This document shows, piece after piece, positions 25,366 through 34,555 of a stretch of 48,980 nt of DNA (its first letter is position 1; each line of letters starts with the position of its first letter). The stretch lies in contig DAIENX010000018.1 of assembly GCA_027340875.1 (NCBI GenBank), positions 1 to 48,980 on the forward strand, written 5' to 3'. The notes beneath the pieces are model-generated. The model made no database searches. It had not been told where the DNA came from and saw nothing but the letters and a program-made list of their open reading frames with translations. The translations under genes and the position numbers were made by a program. This DNA comes from Elusimicrobiota bacterium. GTDB lineage: Bacteria > Elusimicrobiota > Elusimicrobia > Elusimicrobiales > UBA9959.

Positions 25366-26031
25366 ATGACGAATGAAGCGACTCCGGAGCACCGGGAGCA
25401 CTGCTATGTCTGCCGCAGGGTGAAGAAACACTGCCTGTGCGGCAGCATCAGGCCGTTCGGCACGCGGACGCGCTTCGTCATACTGATGCATGTGGAGGAG
25501 GCCAGGAAGCAGAAGACCGGCACCGGCCGGCTGGCCAAGCTGTGCCTGACCAACTCGGAGCTGCTGGTGGGGACCAATTTCAGCGAGGACGCGCGGGTGA
25601 ACGCCCTGCTCCGGGACCCGGCCTACGTTCCTTTCGTGCTGTATCCGGGGCCGAAAGCGGTGAATTTCGGTGCCCTCGGGCCCGGGGCGCTGCCGGAGGG
25701 GAAGAGCTTCCTTATCTTCGTGATAGACGGGACCTGGCGCACGGCCAGGAGCCTGCTGAACAAGAGCGGGAACGTCCGCGCTCTGCCGCGCATCTCATTT
25801 TCCGGCGCCTACCGCTCCCGCTTCTCCATCAAGAGGCAGCCCATGGCGCATTGCGTCTCCACGATAGAGGCCGTCTATCATCTGTGCCGCGAGGCCGAGG
25901 CGGCGGGCTACGAGGAGCTGGGCCGGCGCTGCGAAGTGTTGATGACGCTGCTGGGAGAGCTGGTGGAAACGCAGGAGCGTTACGTCAGGGAGCGTCACAG
26001 GACTAGGGAAGCGAGCCGGCGCGCGCGCTGA
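25366..26031 (+). CDS. DTW-domain tRNA-uridine aminocarboxypropyltransferase (TapT/YfiP-like)
   Basis: CYVC..HCLC; ILMHVEE..KTGTGRL; VIDGTW; STIEA. Confidence 0.88.
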   Translation: MTNEATPEHREHCYVCRRVKKHCLCGSIRPFGTRTRFVILMHVEEARKQKTGTGRLAKLCLTNSELLVGTNFSEDARVNALLRDPAYVPFVLYPGPKAVNFGALGPGALPEGKSFLIFVIDGTWRTARSLLNKSGNVRALPRISFSGAYRSRFSIKRQPMAHCVSTIEAVYHLCREAEAAGYEELGRRCEVLMTLLGELVETQERYVRERHRTREASRRAR

Positions 26032-26131
26032 ACCCGGGGCCGGGAGTCCGCGACGTTTTTGTTTGGTAGAATAGAGACGGACGGGCCAGCGGGCCCGGCA
26101 TTGACCGCGAGGACCGTACAGGCTACACCAT

Positions 26132-26653
26132 ATGGCTAAATTCATCGGACGCGAGGGACAGACCCGGGGCATGCTGCTGGCGGGCATAGCGGTACTTACT
26201 GTGACGCTGTTGCTGGCAATGAAATACTTCATGAGCGACGACTCCGCTCAGACGCAGGAGCAGCCGACGGCCGCTCAGAAGCTCTTCAGCGAGCCGGCGG
26301 CGGCCAAGCCGCCGGACTTGAAAACGGTACAGACCTCCGTCGCCAGCGGCGGCGCGCTGGACATGTTCAGCAAGGCCAACGCCGGCTATTACGGGGACGA
26401 GGGTTCCACGGCCGCGGCCGCCGGCGCGGAGCCGGAGCCGGCGGTCAGGAAATCCACCGCGCCGGCCGCGCGCAAGGCGGCCGCCAAGACCAAGCCGCAG
26501 GCCACCGTTATCCCCAGGCTGAAGCCGGTCTCTTTCGGCGGCGTAAGGCCCACCAGCGTGGGCCCGGCCGGCGGCGGCCAGATGCCGGACATCTCCAACA
26601 TGATAAAGCAGGCCCAGCAAGAGGCCGGCAAGAACGGGGTTCCGGGCAAGTGA
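26132..26653 (+). CDS. Hypothetical membrane-anchored low-complexity protein
   Basis: One N-terminal TM helix, Ala/Pro/Lys-rich remainder. Confidence 0.65.
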   Translation: MAKFIGREGQTRGMLLAGIAVLTVTLLLAMKYFMSDDSAQTQEQPTAAQKLFSEPAAAKPPDLKTVQTSVASGGALDMFSKANAGYYGDEGSTAAAAGAEPEPAVRKSTAPAARKAAAKTKPQATVIPRLKPVSFGGVRPTSVGPAGGGQMPDISNMIKQAQQEAGKNGVPGK

Positions 26654-26692
26654 GCCTTCCCGGAGAAGGGGAGCGCGGGAGCGCGTAAGGTC

Positions 26693-27136
26693 ATGCGGAC
26701 CGCGGCGCATGTCCTGGCCTCCTCCACGGCCGCCGGCGCCGCCTACGCCCTGACCGGCTCCGCGGCGATGACGGCCTCCTGCCTGCTCAGCGGTATCTTC
26801 CTTGACGTGGACCACCTGCTCGATTTCTGGCTGCTGTCCGGCGAGAAGTTCACGCCGGGAGGCTTCCTTTCCTGGTGCCACGAGCTGCGGTGGAAGAAGA
26901 TATACCTGCTGCTGCACTCGTACGAGCTTTTCCTGCTGCTTTCGCTGTCGGCCTGGCTGTTCCCCGGGCGCGCCATAGAGGGCGCGCTGCTGGGCATGGG
27001 CCTGCACCTGCTGATGGACCAGGCGGGGAACCGGGGCCTGAGCAGGTGGTTCTACTTCATGACGTTCAGGTGGCTTTCAGGGTTTTCGCGCGGCGCGCTG
27101 GCCGCCGGGGAAGGCGGCCGCGGCTGCAAGTCCTAG
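26693..27136 (+). CDS. Putative membrane-bound metal-dependent hydrolase
   Basis: HVLAS...LDVDH...LLLHSYE...HLLMD pattern. Confidence 0.65.
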   Translation: MRTAAHVLASSTAAGAAYALTGSAAMTASCLLSGIFLDVDHLLDFWLLSGEKFTPGGFLSWCHELRWKKIYLLLHSYELFLLLSLSAWLFPGRAIEGALLGMGLHLLMDQAGNRGLSRWFYFMTFRWLSGFSRGALAAGEGGRGCKS

Positions 27137-27255
27137 AGGTTGGCCATTATTATCGGTGCGAACGTGGCGGAGCCTTGTGCAGTTTCACTCCGGGACCGTA
27201 TGCATGTGCCATAGCGTTATAGGACTTCCTGGCGGAAGGAGCTGAACCGCGGGCG

Positions 27256-28623
27256 CTACAGCGCCGGGGCCGGCGCCGCGCCGGACTCGAGCAGCCTGGA
27301 GGTGCCGTTCCCGCGGTGGAAGAGCCAGGCCAGCCAGGAGCCCTTGGCAAGCGTCGAGAGGCTGATGGCCCACCAGATTCCGGCGGTGCCCAGCCCTAAC
27401 GGGCCCGCCAGCAGCCACGCGGCGGGCCAGCGCGCCACCGTCAGCGGCACGGAGACCAGCATGTAGTCGCGCGTGTGCCCCAATCCGTTGAATACTCCCT
27501 GGAAGAGCAGTTCCCAGCCGAGGAAGACCTCGAAGTAGCCTATCGTGCGCAGGTAGCGGACGGCGTTGGCTATCACCTCCGGGTCGGAGCTTAGCGGCCG
27601 CACCAGCAGACCAGGGACGAGGATGAAGGCCAGCGCCACCGGCAGCAGCAGCGCGGTTATCAGCAGGCGGCCGCGGCCCACCAGCTGCCTGACGCGGGGC
27701 ATGTCGCCGCGGCCGTAGGCCTGGCCGACCAGCGCGGCCATCGCGGTTGAGAATCCCATGCCGAGGAAGTACGGCACCCCCTCCAGCCGGAAGCAGACGC
27801 TTAAGCCCGCCAGCGGCGCCTCTCCGAAGCGCGTGATGATGGACGTCAGCGCCGGATAGACCAGGGACCACACCACGTTCACCGAGGCCGCCGGCACGCC
27901 TATCTTCAGGATGCGCCAGGCGTGCGTGAAGGCCGGCAGCCGCGCCGCCTCGGCCAACGGCGGCAGGAAGCCTCGCCGGCGCAGGTAGACGACCTGCAGG
28001 ACCAGCGCGAAGGCCGTCGCTATCACCGAGGCCGAGGCCGCGCCGACCACGCCGAAAGGCCGGCCGGTCAGATAGCCGAGTATCAGCACCGGGTCGAGCA
28101 GCATGTTGACGGCCACGGAGCCGGACATTATCAGCACGTTGGTGCGGGTGTCGCCGTAAGCGTTGAAGATGCCGCCGGCCAGGTTGCAGAGATAGTAGAG
28201 CGGCAGCGCGCAGACAAAGATGGTCAGGTACTGGCTGGCGTAGACGGCGGTGCCCTGCTGCAGGCCCATGAAGCGGAATACGGCGCCTATCGACGGCAGC
28301 AGCAGCGCCGTCAGCAGCAGACCGGCGCCGATGCTCAGCCAGGCGGCCTGCACGGCGGCGTCCAGTGCCTGTTCCTTCTTCCCGGCGCCGAAGAACTGCG
28401 CTATCAGGCTGTTGGCCCCTACGATGGTGGAGTTCATGGCCGCGTAGACCGCCCAGGTGAGAAAGGCGGCGGAGGCCACGCCTGCTATGGCCGAGGTGCC
28501 GAGCCTGCCCACCCAGAAGATGTTGACTATGTCGAAAAGGATGAAGCCGAGAAAGCCCAGGAAGGCGGGCACGGCTATGCTGTATATCTCGCGGTCGAGC
28601 GGGTGGCGGTACCGGGGAGTCAT
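27256..28623 (-). CDS. MATE family efflux transporter
   Basis: 455 aa, many TM helices; VNIFWVGRLGTSAIAGV, GDTRT, NMLLDPVLI..GVVGAASAS. Confidence 0.93.
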   Translation of the reverse strand: MTPRYRHPLDREIYSIAVPAFLGFLGFILFDIVNIFWVGRLGTSAIAGVASAAFLTWAVYAAMNSTIVGANSLIAQFFGAGKKEQALDAAVQAAWLSIGAGLLLTALLLPSIGAVFRFMGLQQGTAVYASQYLTIFVCALPLYYLCNLAGGIFNAYGDTRTNVLIMSGSVAVNMLLDPVLILGYLTGRPFGVVGAASASVIATAFALVLQVVYLRRRGFLPPLAEAARLPAFTHAWRILKIGVPAASVNVVWSLVYPALTSIITRFGEAPLAGLSVCFRLEGVPYFLGMGFSTAMAALVGQAYGRGDMPRVRQLVGRGRLLITALLLPVALAFILVPGLLVRPLSSDPEVIANAVRYLRTIGYFEVFLGWELLFQGVFNGLGHTRDYMLVSVPLTVARWPAAWLLAGPLGLGTAGIWWAISLSTLAKGSWLAWLFHRGNGTSRLLESGAAPAPAL

Positions 28624-28693
28624 GCTACTAGTTTACCTTATAACCCGCCGGAGGCGGAACGCCGGGCCGCCGGTATTGTAGAATATCACGGGT

Positions 28694-29002
28694 ATGCATC
28701 CCGACCGCCTGCTTTACGAGGAGATGGCTCGCCGCGGCTCGCGCGGGCGCTGGTTCCTGAGGGCCGGCATCTGGCTTTCCAACGCCGGACTGCTGGGCAT
28801 AGCGCTGTTGCTGGTCCTGTGGCCGGTGAACCTGTATTTCAAGCTGGGCGACGCGGGCTTCCTGTTCTGGCTGGCGCTGATGCTGGCCGCGTCGTTGTTC
28901 GTGGCGGGCAACCTGCTTAAGCGGATCGCCTACAGGATGGCGCTGTCCGAAGGTATGAACCTCGCCGCGTTCTTCGCGCGGAAAGGGGACGGGACGGACT
29001 GA
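28694..29002 (+). CDS. Hypothetical membrane protein
   Basis: Two TM segments; TAGAAT upstream. Confidence 0.6.
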   Translation: MHPDRLLYEEMARRGSRGRWFLRAGIWLSNAGLLGIALLLVLWPVNLYFKLGDAGFLFWLALMLAASLFVAGNLLKRIAYRMALSEGMNLAAFFARKGDGTD

Positions 29003-29027
29003 GAGCGCGGCCCGGCGCGGCCGCGCT

Positions 29028-29663
29028 TCAGCGCTTGAGCCTGGCCAGCAGCCTGTAGCAGGCTCCGACCACCGCTTCTATGCAGGTCATCATCGGCGAG
29101 GGCATGGTGTTGTCCATGCCGAGCGGCATCCTTCCCACGGCGCAGAAGGCCGCGACGCGTTCCCTGGCTTTGTTCAGCAGGTCCTCCGCGGGCCTGCCGG
29201 CGGCGGACTCCTTCTCCAGGTCCTCGAAGCGCATCCTGGCGTAGGCGTCGGTGGTCAGCTTGTCCACGGACGGCTCCCTGAACTCGCCCGGCCGCTTCTT
29301 CTCCTCGGCGGCCGCCGATACCGGAGTTACGCGCGAGAGGCGCTCCGTCAGCAGCTCCTTAGTGCCGAGGCCTCCGCTGACGGCGTTGTAATCCTTGCCG
29401 CTGACCAGCTGGGAGAGGGATTCCTTGAAGCGCGAGGAATCCGCGTCGGACAGCGGACCTCTGGCCATCCTGGCCAGGGCCCAGTCGGAAAGCGCGGCCA
29501 GCTTTTCGCGCTTGAACTCCTCGAGGGTGTCTCCGATGATCTGCAGCTTGACGATGAAGAACTCTTTCTGCGTGAACTGGCCTTCCGGCACCGGGCCGGT
29601 GAACTCTTTAAGGGCCGCGATGAGCCGCAGCTGGCTGTTGAGCTTTTCCTTTCTCCTGTCCAT
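29028..29663 (-). CDS. Hypothetical protein, paralog of 37647-38291
   Basis: QLRLIAALKEF..QKEFFIVKL..IEAVVGACYRLLA; start MDRRKEK after RBS AGGGGGG. Confidence 0.75.
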   Translation of the reverse strand: MDRRKEKLNSQLRLIAALKEFTGPVPEGQFTQKEFFIVKLQIIGDTLEEFKREKLAALSDWALARMARGPLSDADSSRFKESLSQLVSGKDYNAVSGGLGTKELLTERLSRVTPVSAAAEEKKRPGEFREPSVDKLTTDAYARMRFEDLEKESAAGRPAEDLLNKARERVAAFCAVGRMPLGMDNTMPSPMMTCIEAVVGACYRLLARLKR

Positions 29664-29793
29664 GTGCCCCCCTTTCCTGCGGCCGCCGGCGCGGGCGACC
29701 TGCTCCTGTAATTTTACACATTTTACGCCGCCGCGCAAGGCGCCGTGCGTATTTTGTCCGCCGCTATTGTAGAATATGGGAGGAGGGGAACAT

Positions 29794-30030
29794 ATGCAGG
29801 AAGATAACGGACCGGCAGTGGTGTACACCACGGACAATTACGGGGAGGCGGCGCTGCTGCGCTCGCTGCTGGAATCCTCCGGCATCACCTGCCTGATGAT
29901 GGACGAAGCCAGCCATACCACGGCGAAGTTCGGGTTGCACGCCATAGTGCCGATACGCCTGGCCGTGCCGGCCTCGCAGGCCGCGCACGCCGCCGATGTG
30001 ATAAAAGAGGCCATGAAGGACAAGCGGTAG
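29794..30030 (+). CDS. DUF2007 (putative signal-transducing) protein
   Basis: VVYTTDNYGEAALLRSLLESSGITC...IRLAVP; RBS AGGAGG. Confidence 0.75.
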   Translation: MQEDNGPAVVYTTDNYGEAALLRSLLESSGITCLMMDEASHTTAKFGLHAIVPIRLAVPASQAAHAADVIKEAMKDKR

Positions 30031-30062
30031 CACGGCGGGAGCCAGAGGAGCACGGAGGCGCC

Positions 30063-31016
30063 ATGAAAGTACTGATCGTGGACGACAACGAGGATATCCG
30101 GGGGTTGATCAGGGCCATCCTGGAGAGCAAGGGCCACACCGTGGCCGGCGAGGCCGACGACGGGGACAAGGCCGTGAAGGCCTTCAGGGAGCTGAAGCCC
30201 GATGCGGTGCTGCTGGACATCATCATGCCCGGCAAGTCCGGAGTGGACGTGCTCGAAGAGCTGCGCGCTCTGGACCAGTCCGTGAAGATAATCATGGTGA
30301 CGGCCGTGGAGCAGGACGAGGTGAACCGGCGCCTGCTGCTGATAGGGGCCAGCGGCATCATCTACAAGCCTTTCTCCGCCGCGGATTTCGACCAGTACTT
30401 CGCGCCCCTCCCTAAGCCGGAGGCTGCCGCGCGCGGCGGCGCTATCAAGCGCCTGGCGGCCGGCGGGCTGAGCAAATGCATGCTGAAGGCCTCCGACGCC
30501 ACCGCCTCCTCCTGGGAGCTCTGCGAGGTCAGCGTGACTTCCGGAGGCGAGGCCGAGCTGGCGAAGCTGACCGACCTGGGCCGCGACACGGCCTCGGTGC
30601 ACGTCAACGTGCGCGGAGGGTCCACCTTCTCCGGGGCGCTGGTGTTCCGCGCGGACCACGCCGGCCTCATCGCCAACAGCTTCGTGAAGGGACCGGTCTA
30701 CGTCGCAGAGGAGATCCGGAGCCTGGAGGAGGGGCTGATGCTGGAGATGGGGAACATCATCGTCAACTCGCTGGCCAACGCGCTGTTCAACGCCCTTAAG
30801 CGGAGCGCGATACCTTCCGTGCCCATGCTGGTGAAGGGCGGGCCGGCCGCGGTGGCCGCCGCGCTGGTCTCCTGCCTGGAGCAGGGCAAGCCGGTGCGCA
30901 TAATCTCCGCCAGGCTCGCGATGCGGAGGGAAGGCCGCGTGGCCGGGGCCGGCGTGATAGGGGTACTGCCGGAGGAGATAGCCGGGGAGCTGGATAAGCT
31001 GGAGCCGGAGGGCTGA
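30063..31016 (+). CDS. CheY-like receiver fused to CheC-like phosphatase domain
   Basis: VLIVDDN..LLDIIMPGKSG..YKPF; C-terminal LLEMGNII (ExxN CheC motif)..PSVP. Confidence 0.8.
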   Translation: MKVLIVDDNEDIRGLIRAILESKGHTVAGEADDGDKAVKAFRELKPDAVLLDIIMPGKSGVDVLEELRALDQSVKIIMVTAVEQDEVNRRLLLIGASGIIYKPFSAADFDQYFAPLPKPEAAARGGAIKRLAAGGLSKCMLKASDATASSWELCEVSVTSGGEAELAKLTDLGRDTASVHVNVRGGSTFSGALVFRADHAGLIANSFVKGPVYVAEEIRSLEEGLMLEMGNIIVNSLANALFNALKRSAIPSVPMLVKGGPAAVAAALVSCLEQGKPVRIISARLAMRREGRVAGAGVIGVLPEEIAGELDKLEPEG

Positions 31017-31040
31017 ACCTGAAGCCCCTTCGTTCCGACA

Positions 31041-31069
31041 CCGCCGGGTCAGCCCGGCGGTTTTTTTTA
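31041..31069 (+). terminator. Intrinsic terminator (repeat A-like hairpin)
   Basis: CCGCCGGG-tcag-CCCGGCGG-TTTTTTTT. Confidence 0.8.
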
Positions 31070-31159
31070 TCCCGAAAGGTGATTTGATAATAATTTGACT
31101 TTTTCTTGGGGTATTCTTTACATGGCGCGAGGTAACATAATTTATATGCGGGAGGTGTC

Positions 31160-31984
31160 ATGAATAGGTCGTTCGCGCTGGCGTTGGTGCTGCTGCTGCC
31201 AGCCTCCCCTGCCCTGGCGGAGGTCCCTACCGGCAAGCTGCTCAGTTTCACCAACAGCGTCCTGCTCAGGCGTACCGGCTCTTCGGAGTGGGGGCGCGTG
31301 AAGGCCGGAGAGGACCTGTACAGGGACGACACCATCTACACGATGGCCGACTCCTACGCCGGCGTCCGCTTCGAGACCGGCGAGTCGCTCAATCTGACCC
31401 CCAACACGCTGGTGGTGCTCAGGCCCCCGTCAGGAGGCGCGCCCGGAGCGGAGATGCTCTCCGGAGAGCTGCGCAGCTGGCGGTCCAGGGTGGTGACGCG
31501 CACGGCCACCATACTTCCGAAGAGCGAGGACGCGGAGTTCACGACCAGGATGAAGAAGGACTTCACCACGGTGGTGCGGGTGACGCGCGGCGTGGCGGAA
31601 GTGCAGGCGCAGGGGAAGAAGGTTGAGGTGCGCCAGGGCTACGCCACCGAGGTGAGGCCGAACATGGCCCCCGCCGCGCCGGTGGCCGCGCCGGAGCCCG
31701 CGGAGCTCAGGGAGGCCCCCTCCGCGGCCGATGTGCCCGGGGCCGAGCTGCCGGAACACGCGCTGGCCGCTATCAAGGTGATGAGGGCCTACCGCCTGCA
31801 GGCCGCCGGGGATCCGGCTTTCTCCAAGGTGCTGCTGGACAGGACCTTCGAACCTGAAGTGAAGCCGGACCTGTCCGCCCTGCTGCCGGCCGGTACGTAT
31901 TTCATACGGCTGGCGGCCATAGACCTGCTCGGCTACCAGGGAAAGTTTAGCGCGCCGCGCAGGGTGAGGGTGGGCCCGAAGTAG
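31160..31984 (+). CDS. FecR-domain secreted protein
   Basis: Signal peptide; GEDLYRDDTIYTMADSYAGVRF..LNLTPNT..VRVTRGVAEV. Confidence 0.75.
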   Translation: MNRSFALALVLLLPASPALAEVPTGKLLSFTNSVLLRRTGSSEWGRVKAGEDLYRDDTIYTMADSYAGVRFETGESLNLTPNTLVVLRPPSGGAPGAEMLSGELRSWRSRVVTRTATILPKSEDAEFTTRMKKDFTTVVRVTRGVAEVQAQGKKVEVRQGYATEVRPNMAPAAPVAAPEPAELREAPSAADVPGAELPEHALAAIKVMRAYRLQAAGDPAFSKVLLDRTFEPEVKPDLSALLPAGTYFIRLAAIDLLGYQGKFSAPRRVRVGPK

Positions 31985-31993
31985 CGGGACAGG

Positions 31994-32956
31994 CTAGCAG
32001 ACCAGTACTATCTTCCCCGCCGCGCCGCCGCGCATCACCGCTTTGTGAGCGGCCGCCGCCTCCGCCAGCGGGAACTCCCTGCCTACCTGGGGCTTCAGCG
32101 TGCCGAGCGCGAGGCCCGCGCCGACGGCGGCGTGGATCTCCTTCTCCTCCTGCGGCGTGATGGCCCATAGCGTGAAGGCGCGTATGGAGCCTCTGCGGGC
32201 CATAAGGTCACGCGGCTCTATCGTGACCTCGCCGCGGCTGCCTATGACCACTACCCTGCCGTCCATGGCTAGGATCTTGAGGTCGGAGGCCAGGTTGACG
32301 TTGGCCAGCATTTCCAGCACTATGTCGGCTCCGCGGCCGCTGGTGGCCGCGAGCACTTCCGCCGCGTGGCCCGGGGAGGAATGGTCGAACGCCGCCTTCG
32401 CCCCCTGGCGAAGGACCAGGGCCCGCCCCTCGGGGGTGCCGGCCGTGCCGAGCACGGAGAGGCCCAGGGCCGCCGCGAGCTGCACGGCCGCCACGCCCAC
32501 GCCTCCGCTGGCGCCGTGCACCAGCACGGTCTCTCCCGGCCTGGCTACGGCCTGGTGTACCAGCGCGTGGAAGGCCGCGCCGTATGGCACCCAGACGCCC
32601 GCGCCCTGCGCGAAGCTCAGGTCTTTCGGCAGCGGATGAACCTGTCCCTCCAGCGCCAGCGCGTACTCGGCGTAGGTGCCGCTCAAGTTCTTCGTCACGT
32701 AGACGCGGTCGCCCGGTCTCACCGAGGTCACCCCGGGGCCGGCGGCTTCCACCGTGCCCGCCCCGTCGGAGCCGGGGGTGTACGGCAGCTCCGGCAGGGA
32801 GGCGTAGGTGCCGGCGCGTATATATGTCTCATAAGGGTTGACGCCCGCGGCGCGGACCCGCACCAGCACCTGCCCGGCCGCCGGTTCCGGCACCGGGACT
32901 TCCTCAAGCCCCAGCACTTCAGGTCCTCCGAACTTCTTTACGCGAATAGCTTTCAT
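31994..32956 (-). CDS. NADPH:quinone oxidoreductase (zeta-crystallin/Qor family)
   Basis: FGGPEVL..AAGVNP..PYTPGSDGAG..VLVHGASGGVG..GKIVL. Confidence 0.93.
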   Translation of the reverse strand: MKAIRVKKFGGPEVLGLEEVPVPEPAAGQVLVRVRAAGVNPYETYIRAGTYASLPELPYTPGSDGAGTVEAAGPGVTSVRPGDRVYVTKNLSGTYAEYALALEGQVHPLPKDLSFAQGAGVWVPYGAAFHALVHQAVARPGETVLVHGASGGVGVAAVQLAAALGLSVLGTAGTPEGRALVLRQGAKAAFDHSSPGHAAEVLAATSGRGADIVLEMLANVNLASDLKILAMDGRVVVIGSRGEVTIEPRDLMARRGSIRAFTLWAITPQEEKEIHAAVGAGLALGTLKPQVGREFPLAEAAAAHKAVMRGGAAGKIVLVC

Positions 32957-33075
32957 GCTCCCTCCGCCGGCGCGCGGCCGGCCATTAAGGGCATGATATA
33001 AAATGGGACCGGGACGCACCAGCGTCAACTTGCGCCGGCCGGGAGTTATGATAGAATGTCGGCAGGGGGGAAGTT

Positions 33076-33429
33076 ATGGAAAAGCTCAGGGAGATGAACC
33101 TCTTCGTGGAGTCCGAAGAGCTGTCGGACCGCGTCTGGCGCCACGTCGCGGATTGGGACGGCTTCTCCAAGGACACCATGGGCAGGGAACTGGTCAACAG
33201 CGTGGACTCGATAAGCACCAGCATCGCGGAGGGCCGCAGCCACAGGAGCCGCCACGGGAGGATGCATTACCTCTATACCGCGCGCGGCCATCTGTTCAAG
33301 GCCTTCATACTGCTGGAGCGTTCGGCGCGGCGCGGGCTTGGCCAGGGCAACGAGCTGGCCGGAGCGCTGGAGCGGCTGATGCCGCAGATCAACGACTACA
33401 TAGCGTCGGAAGAGCGCTCCGCGGAATAG
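33076..33429 (+). CDS. Four-helix bundle protein (23S rRNA IVP-like family)
   Basis: WDGFSKDTMGRELVNSVDSISTSIAEG...YLYTARGHL. Confidence 0.75.
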   Translation: MEKLREMNLFVESEELSDRVWRHVADWDGFSKDTMGRELVNSVDSISTSIAEGRSHRSRHGRMHYLYTARGHLFKAFILLERSARRGLGQGNELAGALERLMPQINDYIASEERSAE

Positions 33430-33522
33430 CGGGCGCCTCAAGGCGCTTCTCCGGGGCGGCCGACCGCCGTTCCCGGACGTTCCGTACTGGACTTCGGGGA
33501 TAGAATAGAAATAGGGGGGAAA

Positions 33523-34539
33523 ATGAAAAAGGCAATATATTGCTGTCTGGCCTCGGCCGGGCTGCTGGCGTCCGGCGCGCTGCGCGGGCCGCTTTCCGCC
33601 GGGGAGGGGTTCCTGTTCAACGGGCTCCTGCCCGCGGTGAGCGCGCCGACGGACAACGTGCAGACGGACGCGAAGATAAGGCTGGGCAGGCAGCTTTATT
33701 TCGACAAGCGGCTGTCGGTGGACAACACCGTCAGCTGCGCCACCTGTCATAAGCCGGATACCGGCTGGGCGCATCACGCGCCCACCGATACCGGCGTTAA
33801 GGGGCAGGTGGGCGGGCGCAACTCGGGCTCCATCATAGACGCGGCCTACCTGAAGTTCCAGTTCTGGGACGGCAGGGCCGGCTCGCTGGAGGAGCAGGCC
33901 GTCGGACCCATAGCCAACCCGATAGAGATGGGCGAGACGCTGGACAACGTGGTGCAGAAGCTCAACGCCATACCAGGCTACAGGAGCCAGTTCCAGCAGG
34001 TGTTCGGCACGGACGCCACGGCCGACGCCATAGGCAAGGCCATAGCCGCCTTCGAGCGCACCATAATCGCGGGCCCTTCGCCCTACGACCGCTATCTCCA
34101 GGGGGACAGGCGCGCGATGAGCGCTTCGGCCGTCAGGGGGATGGACATCTTCAAGGGCAAGGGGCACTGCAGCGCCTGTCACAGCGGGCCGGCTTTCTCG
34201 GACAACGGGTTCCATAACCTGGGCGTCGGCTACGCCGACGGCAAGCTGAAGGACCAGGGGCGCTACGCCGTGACGAAGGACGACCGGGACATGGGGGCCT
34301 TCAAGACGCCCGGGCTGCGCAACGTCGCGCAGACCTGGCCGTACCTGCACGACGGCTCTGAGAAGACGCTGGAGGACGTCATAGAGCTCTACGACCGGGG
34401 CGGCGTCCCGAACCCGCACATTGACAGGCTGATGCTGCCGCTGCGGCTGACCAGGGGAGAGAAGGCGGACCTGCTGGCTTTCCTCAACAGCCTGACCGGC
34501 CCGGTGCCTGCCGTGACGGAGCCGGAGCTGCCGAACTGA
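33523..34539 (+). CDS. Diheme cytochrome c peroxidase (CcpA/MauG family)
   Basis: LGRQLYFDKRLS..SCATCH..QFWDGRA..CSACH..FKTPGLRNV..PYLHDGS. Confidence 0.93.
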   Translation: MKKAIYCCLASAGLLASGALRGPLSAGEGFLFNGLLPAVSAPTDNVQTDAKIRLGRQLYFDKRLSVDNTVSCATCHKPDTGWAHHAPTDTGVKGQVGGRNSGSIIDAAYLKFQFWDGRAGSLEEQAVGPIANPIEMGETLDNVVQKLNAIPGYRSQFQQVFGTDATADAIGKAIAAFERTIIAGPSPYDRYLQGDRRAMSASAVRGMDIFKGKGHCSACHSGPAFSDNGFHNLGVGYADGKLKDQGRYAVTKDDRDMGAFKTPGLRNVAQTWPYLHDGSEKTLEDVIELYDRGGVPNPHIDRLMLPLRLTRGEKADLLAFLNSLTGPVPAVTEPELPN

Positions 34540-34555
34540 GCCCCAGGAGGAGACG

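Noticed and set aside
33076..33429. 23S rRNA intervening sequence or DGR Avd
   Set aside because: No rRNA, reverse transcriptase or TR/VR pair seen in the window
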